Position numbers and translations under genes: made by a program. Under the pieces are notes generated by a model that was not told the DNA's origin, did not search any database, and saw only the letters and a list, made by a program, of their open reading frames with translations. Source: Longimicrobiales bacterium (GTDB taxonomy: Bacteria > Gemmatimonadota > Gemmatimonadetes > Longimicrobiales > Gaopeijiaceae). Taken from it: a stretch of 64,000 nt of DNA. The DNA is taken from positions 128,001 to 192,000 of the forward strand of contig CBDCKN010000012.1 of the NCBI GenBank assembly GCA_965218295.1, in the 5' to 3' direction. Below, piece by piece: positions 51,243 through 61,000 of this stretch; within the stretch, counting starts at the first letter, position 1, and each line of letters begins with the position of its first letter.

Positions 51243-53513
51243 ATGGCGATGCGGGACGGCAACGGACATGCGAACGTGGCGCTGGCCGAGGGGCTGGAGG
51301 AGCTTTGGCCGGTGCCCGGTTCCGTGGAGTCGGAGCTTGGGGACTGGCGGTCGCTGTACGAGCGGGAGCGCGAGCGAGCGGAGGCGGCGGTGGCCCGCGC
51401 GGAGGAGTTGCGGTGGGCGGAGGTGCGGGCGCGCTGCGAAGCGGGATCGTGGAAGTGGCGGTGGGAGGCGTCGCGCCGGAAGCTGAGGGCGGTGATCGCG
51501 GAGACGCGGGAGGCCCGCCGCGCGGCGTGGGACGCCCTGGCGTTGCAGCGCGAGGTGGGGCGTCTGCACGGGCTGCTGCGGGAGGCCGGGGTGGACGCGG
51601 GGAAGCGCGGCACGGAGATGGCGCTTCGGATGGAGGTGGCACGGCTTCGCGAGGAGGGTTGGGCGCTGGAGAAGGCGCTCGATGCCCGCGCGGCCGAGGT
51701 GCAGAACCTTCACAAGGCCCGCATCGAAGCGGACGCGGACATCCTGGCGCTGCGGCGGCAGTTGCGCGAGATGCTCGAGATCCACGGCGAACTGTCGAAG
51801 CTGGGGGACCAGCGGGACCGGGTCGAGTCGCTGTCGGAGGAGGTCGGGGCGCTTCGCTGGGCGCTGAAGGTCTCGGAGGCGTCGAAGGGCCGCCTGACGG
51901 CGCGGCTGCGGCGTGCGGTCGAGGCGGGGCGGGCGCGGTCGCCGTCGGCCGCCGACGCGGAGTTGCGCAAGGCCTTGCGCAGATCGCGGCGCCAGAGGGC
52001 GACGATCGGCTCGCTGACGCGGGAGAAGACCCGGCTCGGCAGGAGGATGCGGGCGTCGCGGCGGCGGATCGAGCGCCTCGAGGGCCAACTGGCGAAGCTT
52101 CGCGCGTCGCGCACGGTGCTGCCGAAGGGGCAGTCCGGCGGCGCGTGCGAGAGGCAGGAGCGACCGCGTTCGGGGCGGCGGCGGGGCCAGCAGCCCGGCA
52201 CGCCGGTCCACGGCCGCACCCCGCGCCCGGGGCTTGAGGAACGCACCGAGGAGCACAACCCGCCCGCCGATGCGCGGGTGTGCCGGGGTTGCGGGAGCCC
52301 GTACGCGGCCAACGGCGCCGAGGAGTCGGCCCTCGTCGAGATCGAGGTCCGGGCGCACCGGCGGGTGATCCGCCGCCCGCGCTGGCGGCGGACGTGCGGG
52401 TGCGCGTCGTCGCCCGCCGAAGTGACGGCGCCCCCCGTGCCTCGGCTGTTCGCCCGCACGCCGTACGGGACGAGCGTCTGGTCGCGCTTCCTGTTCGAGC
52501 GCTACGCGTGCCTGCGCCCGCTGCACCGGGTCTGCGGGTGGCTGTCCGACCAGGGTCTGCCGGTCTCGCCGGGCACGCTGGCGGACAGCGTGCACCGCTT
52601 GGCGCCGTTGTTCGAGCCGGTGGGCGCGGCGATCCTCGCGCACCAGAACGGCTCGGCGCTGCGCCATGCCGACGAGACCAGCTGGCGGGTGCGGGCGCTG
52701 CGCGACAGCGACGGATCGGGGTACGCGTGGCTGTGGATCTCGGTCGGCCGCGGCGCGGCCTACTTCCATGTGGATCCGTCACGCAGCGCCGAGGCGGCCC
52801 GGAAGCTGTTCGACGGGGCGCTGTGCCCGACGGTCCTCGTCTGCGACCGCTACAGCGGCTACAAGAAGCTGGCGCGTCTCCTCGGGGGCAGGGTCACGCT
52901 GTCGTTCTGCTGGGCGCACATGCGCAGGGACTTCATCCGGTGCGCGGCCGGGCACGTCCATCTGACCGGCTGGTGCCGGGAGTGGCTCGGGCGGATCGCC
53001 ACGGTCTACCGCCTGCACAAGGCGCGGCTGGAGCTCCACGACCCCGGCCTCGAGCGCCAGAGCCCGGCGTTCGACGCGGCGCACGACGCGCTGAGCGAGG
53101 CGCTCGGCGGCATGTTCGCGGCCTCCGAACGCCAACTCGCCCGCCTGTCGCCAAAGGCGAGGGAGGGAGGGCCGCTGCGCTCGCTCCTCAACCACCGCGA
53201 GGGGCTGAGCGTCTTCCTCGACCGGCCCCGCGTGCCGCTCGACAACAACCTCGCCGAGCGGCTGCTGCGCGGCCCGGCCATCGGGCGGCGCCTGTCGTTC
53301 GGCTCCGACAGCGAGTCCGGCGCCCGGTTCACCGCGCTCATGTACTCGGTGACCGGCACCCTGAGGCTGAACGGCCTCGACGTGCCGCGCTGGCTCGCCG
53401 ACTGGTTGGCGGCGTGCGCGCGCGGCGGCGGTCGCCCGCCGGGCGACCTGTCGCCCTGGCTGCCGTGGTCGATGGACGCCGGACGCAGGCGCGAAATGAC
53501 GGCGTCCGCATGA
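51243..53513 (+). CDS. IS66-family transposase (copy 2)
   Basis: Protein identical to 47932-50202. Confidence 0.9.
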   Translation: MAMRDGNGHANVALAEGLEELWPVPGSVESELGDWRSLYERERERAEAAVARAEELRWAEVRARCEAGSWKWRWEASRRKLRAVIAETREARRAAWDALALQREVGRLHGLLREAGVDAGKRGTEMALRMEVARLREEGWALEKALDARAAEVQNLHKARIEADADILALRRQLREMLEIHGELSKLGDQRDRVESLSEEVGALRWALKVSEASKGRLTARLRRAVEAGRARSPSAADAELRKALRRSRRQRATIGSLTREKTRLGRRMRASRRRIERLEGQLAKLRASRTVLPKGQSGGACERQERPRSGRRRGQQPGTPVHGRTPRPGLEERTEEHNPPADARVCRGCGSPYAANGAEESALVEIEVRAHRRVIRRPRWRRTCGCASSPAEVTAPPVPRLFARTPYGTSVWSRFLFERYACLRPLHRVCGWLSDQGLPVSPGTLADSVHRLAPLFEPVGAAILAHQNGSALRHADETSWRVRALRDSDGSGYAWLWISVGRGAAYFHVDPSRSAEAARKLFDGALCPTVLVCDRYSGYKKLARLLGGRVTLSFCWAHMRRDFIRCAAGHVHLTGWCREWLGRIATVYRLHKARLELHDPGLERQSPAFDAAHDALSEALGGMFAASERQLARLSPKAREGGPLRSLLNHREGLSVFLDRPRVPLDNNLAERLLRGPAIGRRLSFGSDSESGARFTALMYSVTGTLRLNGLDVPRWLADWLAACARGGGRPPGDLSPWLPWSMDAGRRREMTASA

Positions 53514-54391
53514 GCGAGCGCATCGAATGCCGCTACCACGGGCGCGACTTCACCGCCGCGGAAATGGCGCTGCTGCGCCGACTGATCGCCGGACCGCCCG
53601 CGCTCAACCGCCACGCCCTGTCGAAGGAGTTCTGCCGGCGCATCGGCTGGTTCAAGCCCGACGGCGGGCTCAAGGACATGATGGCGCGCGTCACCATGCT
53701 CGCCATGCACAGCGACGGCCTCATCGTCCTGCCGCCCCCGAAGTGGAGGCAGAAACGACCCGGCCCCATCGTCTTCGGACAGGACACCGAACCGCCCCTC
53801 TTCCCCCCGCCCACGATCCTCGACGAGGTCCGCCCCCTCGAACTCCGCACCGTCGTCGGCGGCACCCGACAGGGCAGGCTGTGGAACGAGTTCGTCGCGC
53901 GCCACCACTATCTCGGCTACAAGACCCTCGTCGGCGCCCAGATGCGCTACGCCGTCCACGACCGCAACGGCTGGCCGCTCGCCATACTCGGCTTCAGCAC
54001 CGCCGCCTGGTCCCTCGCTCCACGCGACCGCTTCATCGGATGGACCCCGACCCTGCGAAAGAAGAACCTGCCGCTCGTCATCGACAACCCCAGGTTCCTC
54101 ATCCTGCCCTGGATCCGCATCCCCAACCTCGGATCCCACATCCTCGCCCTCGTCCGCCGCCGCCTGCCCCGCGACTGGACCCGCCGCTACAACACCACCC
54201 CCGTCCTCATCGAGACCTTCGTCGAGGTCCCCCGCTTCACCGGCGGCGTCTACAGGGCCTCCGGTTGGATCCGCGTCGGTACCACACGGGGACGAGGGCG
54301 CTACGACACCGCCAAGCAGTACGGCAAGCCCACCAAGGATGTCTGGCTCCGCCCGCTCGCCAAGCACTGGAAGCGCATCCTCAACCGCTGA
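53510..54391 (+). CDS. DUF4338 (DruA-like) protein (copy 2)
   Basis: Protein identical to 50199-51080. Confidence 0.85.
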   Translation: MSERIECRYHGRDFTAAEMALLRRLIAGPPALNRHALSKEFCRRIGWFKPDGGLKDMMARVTMLAMHSDGLIVLPPPKWRQKRPGPIVFGQDTEPPLFPPPTILDEVRPLELRTVVGGTRQGRLWNEFVARHHYLGYKTLVGAQMRYAVHDRNGWPLAILGFSTAAWSLAPRDRFIGWTPTLRKKNLPLVIDNPRFLILPWIRIPNLGSHILALVRRRLPRDWTRRYNTTPVLIETFVEVPRFTGGVYRASGWIRVGTTRGRGRYDTAKQYGKPTKDVWLRPLAKHWKRILNR

Positions 54392-54527
54392 GCACCCCCA
54401 CACACACGATCCGACAACACGACGCTCCCCACGGCTTGGCCGAACAGTTACCTGGCGGACACGTCGGCCACCCGATTGCCATCTTTGACGACTACGTACC
54501 CACCCGCTGGAGCCGAAGATCAAGCAC

Positions 54528-54710
54528 TTGCGCTCGGTGTCGTCCACCACAGTAAAGCGCGGCTTCAATGAGATCCGTAATCTGCGCGATCACCTCGCCC
54601 ACGCAAACTACTATGCCGAGACCCCCGAGGCCGCTCGTCAGGTCTGCCAGGTGGGCAGGAAGATTCGCCGCATCCAAGCGGACCTGCTTACAGGGATCGA
54701 AGATCAATAG
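54528..54710 (+). pseudogene. C-terminal fragment of a possible HEPN-domain protein
   Basis: EIRNLRDHLAHAN (R-x4-H); in-frame stop shortly upstream. Confidence 0.4.
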
Positions 54711-54757
54711 CTCCCCTCAAGGAGAGCCGCCGTGGAGACCTCATCGGCGGGAGGAGG

Positions 54758-54784
54758 TTGACGAAGGCCCTAATCTGCTATAAT
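54758..54784 (+). promoter_or_regulatory. Sigma70 extended -10 promoter
   Basis: TGcTATAAT (54776-54784) with TTGACG 15 nt upstream of the -10. Confidence 0.65.
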
Positions 54785-54827
54785 CACACCACGGTCTCAG
54801 CACATAAGTATCACGGAAGGGAGAGCT

Positions 54828-55115
54828 ATGCCGCAGACATCCTCGAGGGACATTGATGAGAGTGCTCTAACGAAGGGCCACCTCCGCAAGCTGAACGCAC
54901 TTCGCAAGTCCGTTGGCGAAGATATCGGCGAGCGGGCGTTCGCCGAGTGGCTCTCCCGGCCAGCAACCGCAAGGGCGAGCGACCGGAACGCCGAGTTGAT
55001 CGCCGAAAGTCTTTGGTCCCTTGTTGAGCAAGGCAAGCTTGCGATTCGTTCTGGCGGCTATGTGGTCAAACGCGGGCGCGGGCGAATCATCGTCGAGCCA
55101 GCGAAAAAGACGTAG
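54828..55115 (+). CDS. Small basic hypothetical protein (95 aa)
   Basis: Promoter and GGAAGGGAG RBS directly upstream. Confidence 0.7.
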   Translation: MPQTSSRDIDESALTKGHLRKLNALRKSVGEDIGERAFAEWLSRPATARASDRNAELIAESLWSLVEQGKLAIRSGGYVVKRGRGRIIVEPAKKT

Positions 55116-55225
55116 ACGCCCAGCGCCAGCCGCTTCCCCGATCGAGGCATCCCCAAAGGGGGGGTCGCTCCCTTATACGGCCGAAAGCTCCGGAGCGGCG
55201 TCGCCGCTCCGGCGGCCGTGCCGCA

Positions 55226-55501
55226 GCCACCCGGGCCATCATGTCTTTCAGGCCGCTGTCGGGCTTGAACCAGCCGATGCCCCGGCAGAACTCCCTGGAC
55301 AGGGGATGGCGGTTGAGCGTCGGCGGGCCGGCGATCAGTGCACGTAGCAGCGTCATTTCCCCAGCGGTGAAGTCAATTGCGGCACTCGATCCGACCGGAA
55401 ATGCCGACGCCATGAGGTCGCGTCTGCGCTCCTCGCCCATCGACCATGGCAACCCGTGCGACAGGTCGTCGGGCGATCGGACGCCGTTGTGCGCGGACGC
55501 C
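55226..55501 (-). pseudogene. Decayed relic of a related IS66-DUF4338 element (tnp 3' end plus DUF4338 5' end)
   Basis: LPWSMGEERRRDLMASA and DFTAGEMTLLRALIAGPP..GWFKPDSGLKDMMARV parallel the intact copies. Confidence 0.85.
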
Positions 55502-55579
55502 GTAGGGCCAGCGCGGGACGTCAATACCGCGGCATGACTGAACGCTTACTCCCGGAAATCTCCTATAGTCTACCGGCAG

Positions 55580-55607
55580 CTTTCGACGTTCCTTTCGACG
55601 TTCCTTT
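55580..55607. repeat. 12-bp tandem duplication CTTTCGACGTTC x2 (plus partial)
   Basis: Read directly from the sequence. Confidence 0.8.
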
Positions 55608-55983
55608 CCCCGGGCGCCATCCCGGGATCCGCTGTTTACTGGTCAGCGGAAGGTAGTCGCCCCTCTTTTAAAACACCTTCTATGGAGCTGGCGGTCAAGA
55701 CGCACGTTCCCCACGCGCCGTTGGCTCATTTCTTGACTGCCGGCGTCCGCATGGTTTGGATTACCGGATCGACGACTCAGGGTAGGGAGGGGTGCGCTCG
55801 CAGGGTCCGCATCGCAGTCCGGAAGACGTTTACAGCCGTCGCGTTCTGAGCTCCAGAGCGGGAACCATCCTTCTATCTGGGATTCTGTGGCCCATTGCTT
55901 CGTTCGGCTCTCCAGGGGTGCATAGCCTTTTGATGGGACTTATATCGCACGGTAACCATCCTCGCCCACTGCCTCAGGATCCA

Positions 55984-56433
55984 CTATTCGTCGATGTCGT
56001 CCGGGTCTACGGTCTCCGCTATCTGGCGGCGATAGCCACCGGCCTCGGAGATCGACTTCTCCCTCTCAGTCACGCCGTAGAGATCCTCGTTCACAGAGAA
56101 GTGTTTCCTCCATCGCCTGTACTGGCTGCTGACTGTCCCCGCGTTGAGCGCCTCCGCTACGCCCCTCTGGATGACTGTATCGAGTGACGGGACCGTGCCG
56201 TGTTTCTCCCGCAGGTCGTCGCAGATCTCCCAGACCCGTCCCGTCTTGGTGCCCTCTCCCGGACGCTTGGGTGTGGCGTCGAGAAAAGCGTCCCTTAACA
56301 TGGGGCCGAACCGGCCTGTGGGCCGGGTGTCCGGCTGGCCGCTCACGAGCTCCTTGAGGGACGCTATGGCGTGTTCGATCCTGTCTCTCTCCGCCTCTAG
56401 CTGCTTTATCACATCCATATATTCTATTGACAC
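55984..56433 (-). CDS. Hypothetical protein; coiled coil plus possible HTH
   Basis: AGGAG RBS; IKQLEAERDRIEHAIASL, then TKTGRVWEICD..NAGTVSSQYRRW. Confidence 0.65.
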   Translation of the reverse strand: MSIEYMDVIKQLEAERDRIEHAIASLKELVSGQPDTRPTGRFGPMLRDAFLDATPKRPGEGTKTGRVWEICDDLREKHGTVPSLDTVIQRGVAEALNAGTVSSQYRRWRKHFSVNEDLYGVTEREKSISEAGGYRRQIAETVDPDDIDE

Positions 56434-56673
56434 AAGGCGTCTCCTGCGATAGACAATAGGTGTCTGTGGGGGCCGCGCTGCAGCACGGCCCCTCTCCCTC
56501 GACCCGGCCCACCGCTCGCAGCGGCGATTCTAGGGGCTCCGGGCGAAGTCATCTATGGCGGCCTCATGGCTCCTCCTAGGTGGCATTGTGGTTGTTCCGC
56601 CCTCACCTCAGACGGTTGCCAAGGCCCGAGGTGAGGGCGGACTCGTATCGGCTTTCGACATTCGGTACACTTC

Positions 56674-56703
56674 ATGTTAGCCAACACTCCAGCGACCTGT
56701 CAA
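56674..56703 (-). promoter_or_regulatory. Putative sigma70 promoter
   Basis: TTGACA-18 nt-TAACAT on the minus strand. Confidence 0.5.
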
Positions 56704-56788
56704 CACTTCGCATGGTAGAGAAAAGTAATACCGACAGGAAGTCTCGTGTGTTAGATATAGTAGGACACAGACACACAGGGAAGTTACG

Positions 56789-57085
56789 ATGGCTAACAAC
56801 GCACCCGGCAAGCACTTCAGGTACGGCCGTTCACTCGTGGATGTAGTACGGATGTTCCCCGATGACGAGGTGGCAGAGAACTGGATCGCCTATTGCCGTT
56901 GGGGCGACGAGCCCGCATGCCCCCGCTGCGGGAGCCTCAACGTGCAGGTGGGGGCCAAACACCCCAGCCAGCGATACCGTTGCCGGGAGAAGGGCTGCAG
57001 GAAGTTCTTCTCAGCCAAGACTGGTACGGCCATGGCTGACAGCAACCTCGGCTATCAGGTCTGGGCCATCGCCACCTACCTGTGG
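56789..57085 (+). pseudogene. IS1595-family transposase N-terminal fragment
   Basis: FPDDEVAENW..RW..PACPRCGS..YRCREKGCRKFFSAKTGT zinc ribbon; DDE domain absent. Confidence 0.85.
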
Positions 57086-57260
57086 CCGTTGGCCACGGTC
57101 CCCTCCGGATCGATGAACCGACCAGACCGCTCCTGCCGACAGGATGAAGAAGACTAGGAAGCTGCTGTCAATGGCGAAGGAGCGAAGCTTGCGGGAGGGC
57201 AGTTTGTCGATGGCCCCTGTCCTCTCTCATGGCGAACTGTCAGATGATTTCCGTCTCAGA

Positions 57261-57488
57261 TCACTCGGCACTGCTGCGGCTCGCGGCGATCTGTTCTCGG
57301 ATCCACGCATCCACTTCGGACTCGATCCAGCCGACGGCGCGGGCGCCTAGCCGGATCGGTTGGGGAAAGCTCCCGTTGGCCACCCGCACGTAGATCGTGC
57401 TCCGCGCCAGCCCGGTGCGGGCCTGCACTCGAGGTAACCTCAGGACGCGCACGGGCGCGTCCATGCCCTGGTCTATTCGTATTGACAT
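57261..57488 (-). CDS. AlpA family transcriptional regulator / excisionase-like protein
   Basis: LRLPRVQARTGLARSTIY...FPQPIRLGARAVGWIESEVDAWI; GGAGG RBS. Confidence 0.9.
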   Translation of the reverse strand: MSIRIDQGMDAPVRVLRLPRVQARTGLARSTIYVRVANGSFPQPIRLGARAVGWIESEVDAWIREQIAASRSSAE

Positions 57489-57751
57489 TGATTTGCCTCC
57501 GTTCTGTTCGGTGAAGAATTCCGGGGCGCGTTGCCCCGGGAGGGAACAGGGGCCACATGAGCCCGGCTGGAGGCTTCGATGAACGCCAGGACCTGGCAGG
57601 CCATCGCCAGCCTTGGAGAGCGGCCACGGCGTAGCTGACGCACCGGGATCGGATCGCCCACCGCTTGCCGACCGAGCGTGGATGTTCTCATGCCCGTGCG
57701 GTCGAGGGACGCAGCCACTCGCGATCGGAACGGCTTCGTCAGCGTCTCCAT
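57473..57751 (-). CDS. Cro/XRE-like small HTH protein (possibly degenerate)
   Basis: METLTKPFRSRVAASLDRTGMRTSTLGRQAVGDP..LRRGRSPRL pattern. Confidence 0.5.
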   Translation of the reverse strand: METLTKPFRSRVAASLDRTGMRTSTLGRQAVGDPIPVRQLRRGRSPRLAMACQVLAFIEASSRAHVAPVPSRGNAPRNSSPNRTEANQCQYE

Positions 57752-58054
57752 GGCGCCTGCCGGTCGGGACGCGGCCTGCGAAGACCCGCACCCCGACGGC
57801 GGCGTCCGGCCGAGCACGACCCGATCTCGCCTCGGAGGGTGCTGCTCAAGCCGACCCGCGAGCGCGGCCAGCAGACGGGTTGTGGTGTGGGTACGGCGAG
57901 CCTCGCGCCGCGGTTTTTGTAAGCGATTTTGGCGCGTCTCTTCGGCCTCGACACAGGCTTGAAACGCATCCGACATCATGAAGCACCGGTACCCGGCCGT
58001 GCTGGCGACTGAGGTCCGGCCGCACCGCATTTCAGATTGCCGGTCCGTCGGCGT

Positions 58055-61000
58055 CTACCAGCGCGCGGTGACGCGGCCGTGCAGGCTGTGCTCCGGGTCT
58101 CCCTGGCCCAGCAAGCTCTGGCGGCGTTGGGCGTCGAGGCCGAACTCGAAGTTCATGGCGCCGGCCTGCAACAGGGTCAGTTTGTAGCCCAGCCGGTAGT
58201 CGCGGCCGTACTCTGAGGTTGTGACGCCGAACCTCGGCGTCCCCACGAGCCGGCTCCCGACCGGCAGCGCGTAGCCGAGCTCGCCATCGAGGCGGTTGCC
58301 CGATCCCGGGCCTCCTGCCCCGAGCCCCGCCATCGTATCGCGGCCCCAGAGCGCGTCGGCACCGCTCATCGCCTGCCCGCCCCATGAGGGCGCCACCCGC
58401 GCCGTGAACCCCAGCGGCGTCGAGGGCGTCGGATCGTAGCTGAGCGACACCGACACGCCCCGCTCCCGGAACCCTTCGTCCTCGTGCACCAGCAGAGTCC
58501 GCACCCGCACGTCGACCGACAGTCCGGTCAAGGGGTCCGATGCGATCAGGCTTGCGGCGACATCCGCGCCCCTGCCCGTCTCCGCATCCCCGCCGTCCGT
58601 CCTGAGCCCGACCTCGAGGCTCAGCCGGAGCGCTATGCCGTGTCCGACGACGTATCCCCTCGAGGCCTCGAGTGCCGTCCGCACACGCGTCACCACGGCC
58701 TCGGTCGCCGCCAACCGGCCTGCCGGGCCGTCCACAGCCTCACTGCCCGTGCCCACCCACAGCGCATCCGCCTTGAACGCCAGCCCGAAGCCGCCCAGAC
58801 CCGCATCCACCAAGTCGCCTCTCACGCCCCCGGCGAGCATCGACATCGAGAGGCCGCCGTTGAGAGCGATCGGAGACGCGACAGACGTGGGGACAGACAG
58901 TGCCTCGCCCGGCGTCAAGCTGAGCGAGCCCCTCCCGTATCCGGTCACGCCCCAGAGCGTGACCCGCTCCGTCAACTTGTAGCCCACCCACGGATGCAGC
59001 CCCGTGACCGACGAGGCCACCTCGCCCACGTCGGCCCCCTGGTAGCCGCCCAGGCCCCGCCGGTGCGAGAGCATCAGCCCCGCCATCAGCGGCCCCTTCG
59101 CGTAGTCCGCCCCGAACATCGTCGTGCGGACCCCGCCGTCGAGCGACAGCTCGCCGTCCCGGCCGCTGAACCGCGACTCCATCCCGCGGCTCCAGAGCGA
59201 GACGCTCGCGCCCTGGTCCATCTCGCGGTTCAACACGAACCCCGAGCCCATCAGCAGGTCCCCGCCGCCGAGACCCATCCGCAGAAGTTCGGCGCCGCCC
59301 AGCTCGGGCTGGACACCGGTCGTGTCCCGGGCGCCCTGAACCGCCGCGGACTCGAGCCGGCTCAGGAAGTTGCGTCCCATCTCCCGCTCCATCCCGCGCC
59401 GGAGCTCACGGCCCGCGAACCGGCCCCGCAGGCCCGGAGCCCTGGACGCGTCCAGGCGCTCCTCGACCTGTTCCATCACGTGGAGCGCTGTCGCCCGCCC
59501 GAACCGAGCCAAGAGCGCGCGTGGCAGCGGATCGGTGTTCTCGATCGTCCCGGTCGCTTCCGCGTCGGCCAGCCGGCCGCCCGACGCGTTCGACAGCCGG
59601 AGCGTCAGCGTCTCCTCGCCCTCGTCGTGCGAGTCGTCGAGCACCGGGACCTCGACTGTCTTCTCCGTGTCGCCCGCATCGAACGTGAGCGTGCCGCTCG
59701 TGGCCGTGTAGTCCACGCCCGCCTGAGCCGTGCCGTCCGACGTGGCGTAGTCGACCGTCACCGCCCCGCCCGCCGCCCGCTCGAGCGTCACCGCGAACGC
59801 CAGCACCGCGCCCGCGCCTTCCTCCACGCGGGCATCGGCCACCGAGATGCCCACCAGCCCGGCGACCGTCGCCGAGAGCGAAGTGGACAACGGCCGGCCG
59901 TCGCCGGTGCAGACCGCGCCGCTTGCACCACAGTCGGTCGTCTCCGGCAGCCGGAGTGTCACCGCGCCATCGGAGTCCGGCTCGACCGTGATCGTCCAGC
60001 CCAGGTTGCTCCCCTGCTCCCGGCGTTTGGCCCCGCGCACCGTGCCGCCCGTCACCGCGAACGCCTCGTCGCGCAACGTTCGGTAGCTGAAGTCCTTGTC
60101 GAGTTCCTCGCTGAACGTCAGCCCGAACGCGAAGTCGTCGCCGGTGTGCTCGCCCGGCATGTCGGAGAAGCTGGCTGTTAGCGACTCGGCCGGGGGACCC
60201 GCCACGGTGGACGAGGGGCTGTTGCCGAGCGGCCGCGGGCTGTCCGCGCGGGTACAGACGGCCCCGGCCGTCCCGCACGCCCGCCCGCCAGGCAGCGTGA
60301 TCGTCACGGCCTCGCGGGAGTCGGGTTTGAGGGTGATCTCCCACAGGTCGTGGCGGCCATCGACTCGCCGCGCCCGCGTGATGGTGCCTCCGGTCACCGT
60401 GAACGATTCGTCGCGCAACGTCTGGTTGCTGATGCCGATGTCCTCGCTGAAGGCGACCTGGAAGCTGAAGGCGCTCTGTCCGTCATGGGCTTCCGGCACG
60501 TTCTCGAACTGCGCCGTCAGTTCCGGGCCGCCTCCTGCCGGGCCGGGCACAGTCAGCACCGCCTCATTCGACAGCCGCCGTCCGTCCGCCGTGCAGACCG
60601 CCCCCGCCGCATCGCAGGCACGCCCCGCCGCGAGCGTGAGCGTCACCGGCTCGTCCGAGGCCGGTTTGAGGGTGATCTCCCACAGATCGCTGCGCCCCTC
60701 CACGCGCCGGGCGGCCTCTACCGAGCCTCCCGCCGCCGACAAGGACTCGTCGCGCAGCGTCTGGTAGCTGATCGCGACCGGCTCGCTGAACACGAGCCGG
60801 ACCGTGAACGTGCCCGCGCCGTCATGCGCCTCCGGTGCCGCCTCGAAGCGGGCCGTCAGAGCCGGGAGCTCTCCACCACCCGCATCACCCAGCGCTGCAC
60901 TCGGGTGCCCCAGGTCCGCGTCCTCTCCCGACCAGCTCCGGATGGTCCCTCCGTTCAGCGTGAGACTGTTCTGTGTCACCGACCCGCCGGTCACGCTCCC

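Larger units (their letters stand above)
51150..54451 (+). mobile_element. IS66-family element with DUF4338 passenger, copy 2
   Basis: Same IRs and identical translated proteins, offset 3311 bp; followed by CTGGCGGA at 54452-54459. Confidence 0.9.

Noticed and set aside
49695..52769. 1024-aa antisense ORF and other long shadow ORFs (29997-32615, 39660-42068, 60350-63088)
   Set aside because: Stop-poor antisense frames typical of high-GC coding DNA, with no motifs.
50199..54391. Druantia anti-phage system
   Set aside because: Only a DUF4338 gene is present, inside an IS; no DruE helicase or other dru genes are in the window.
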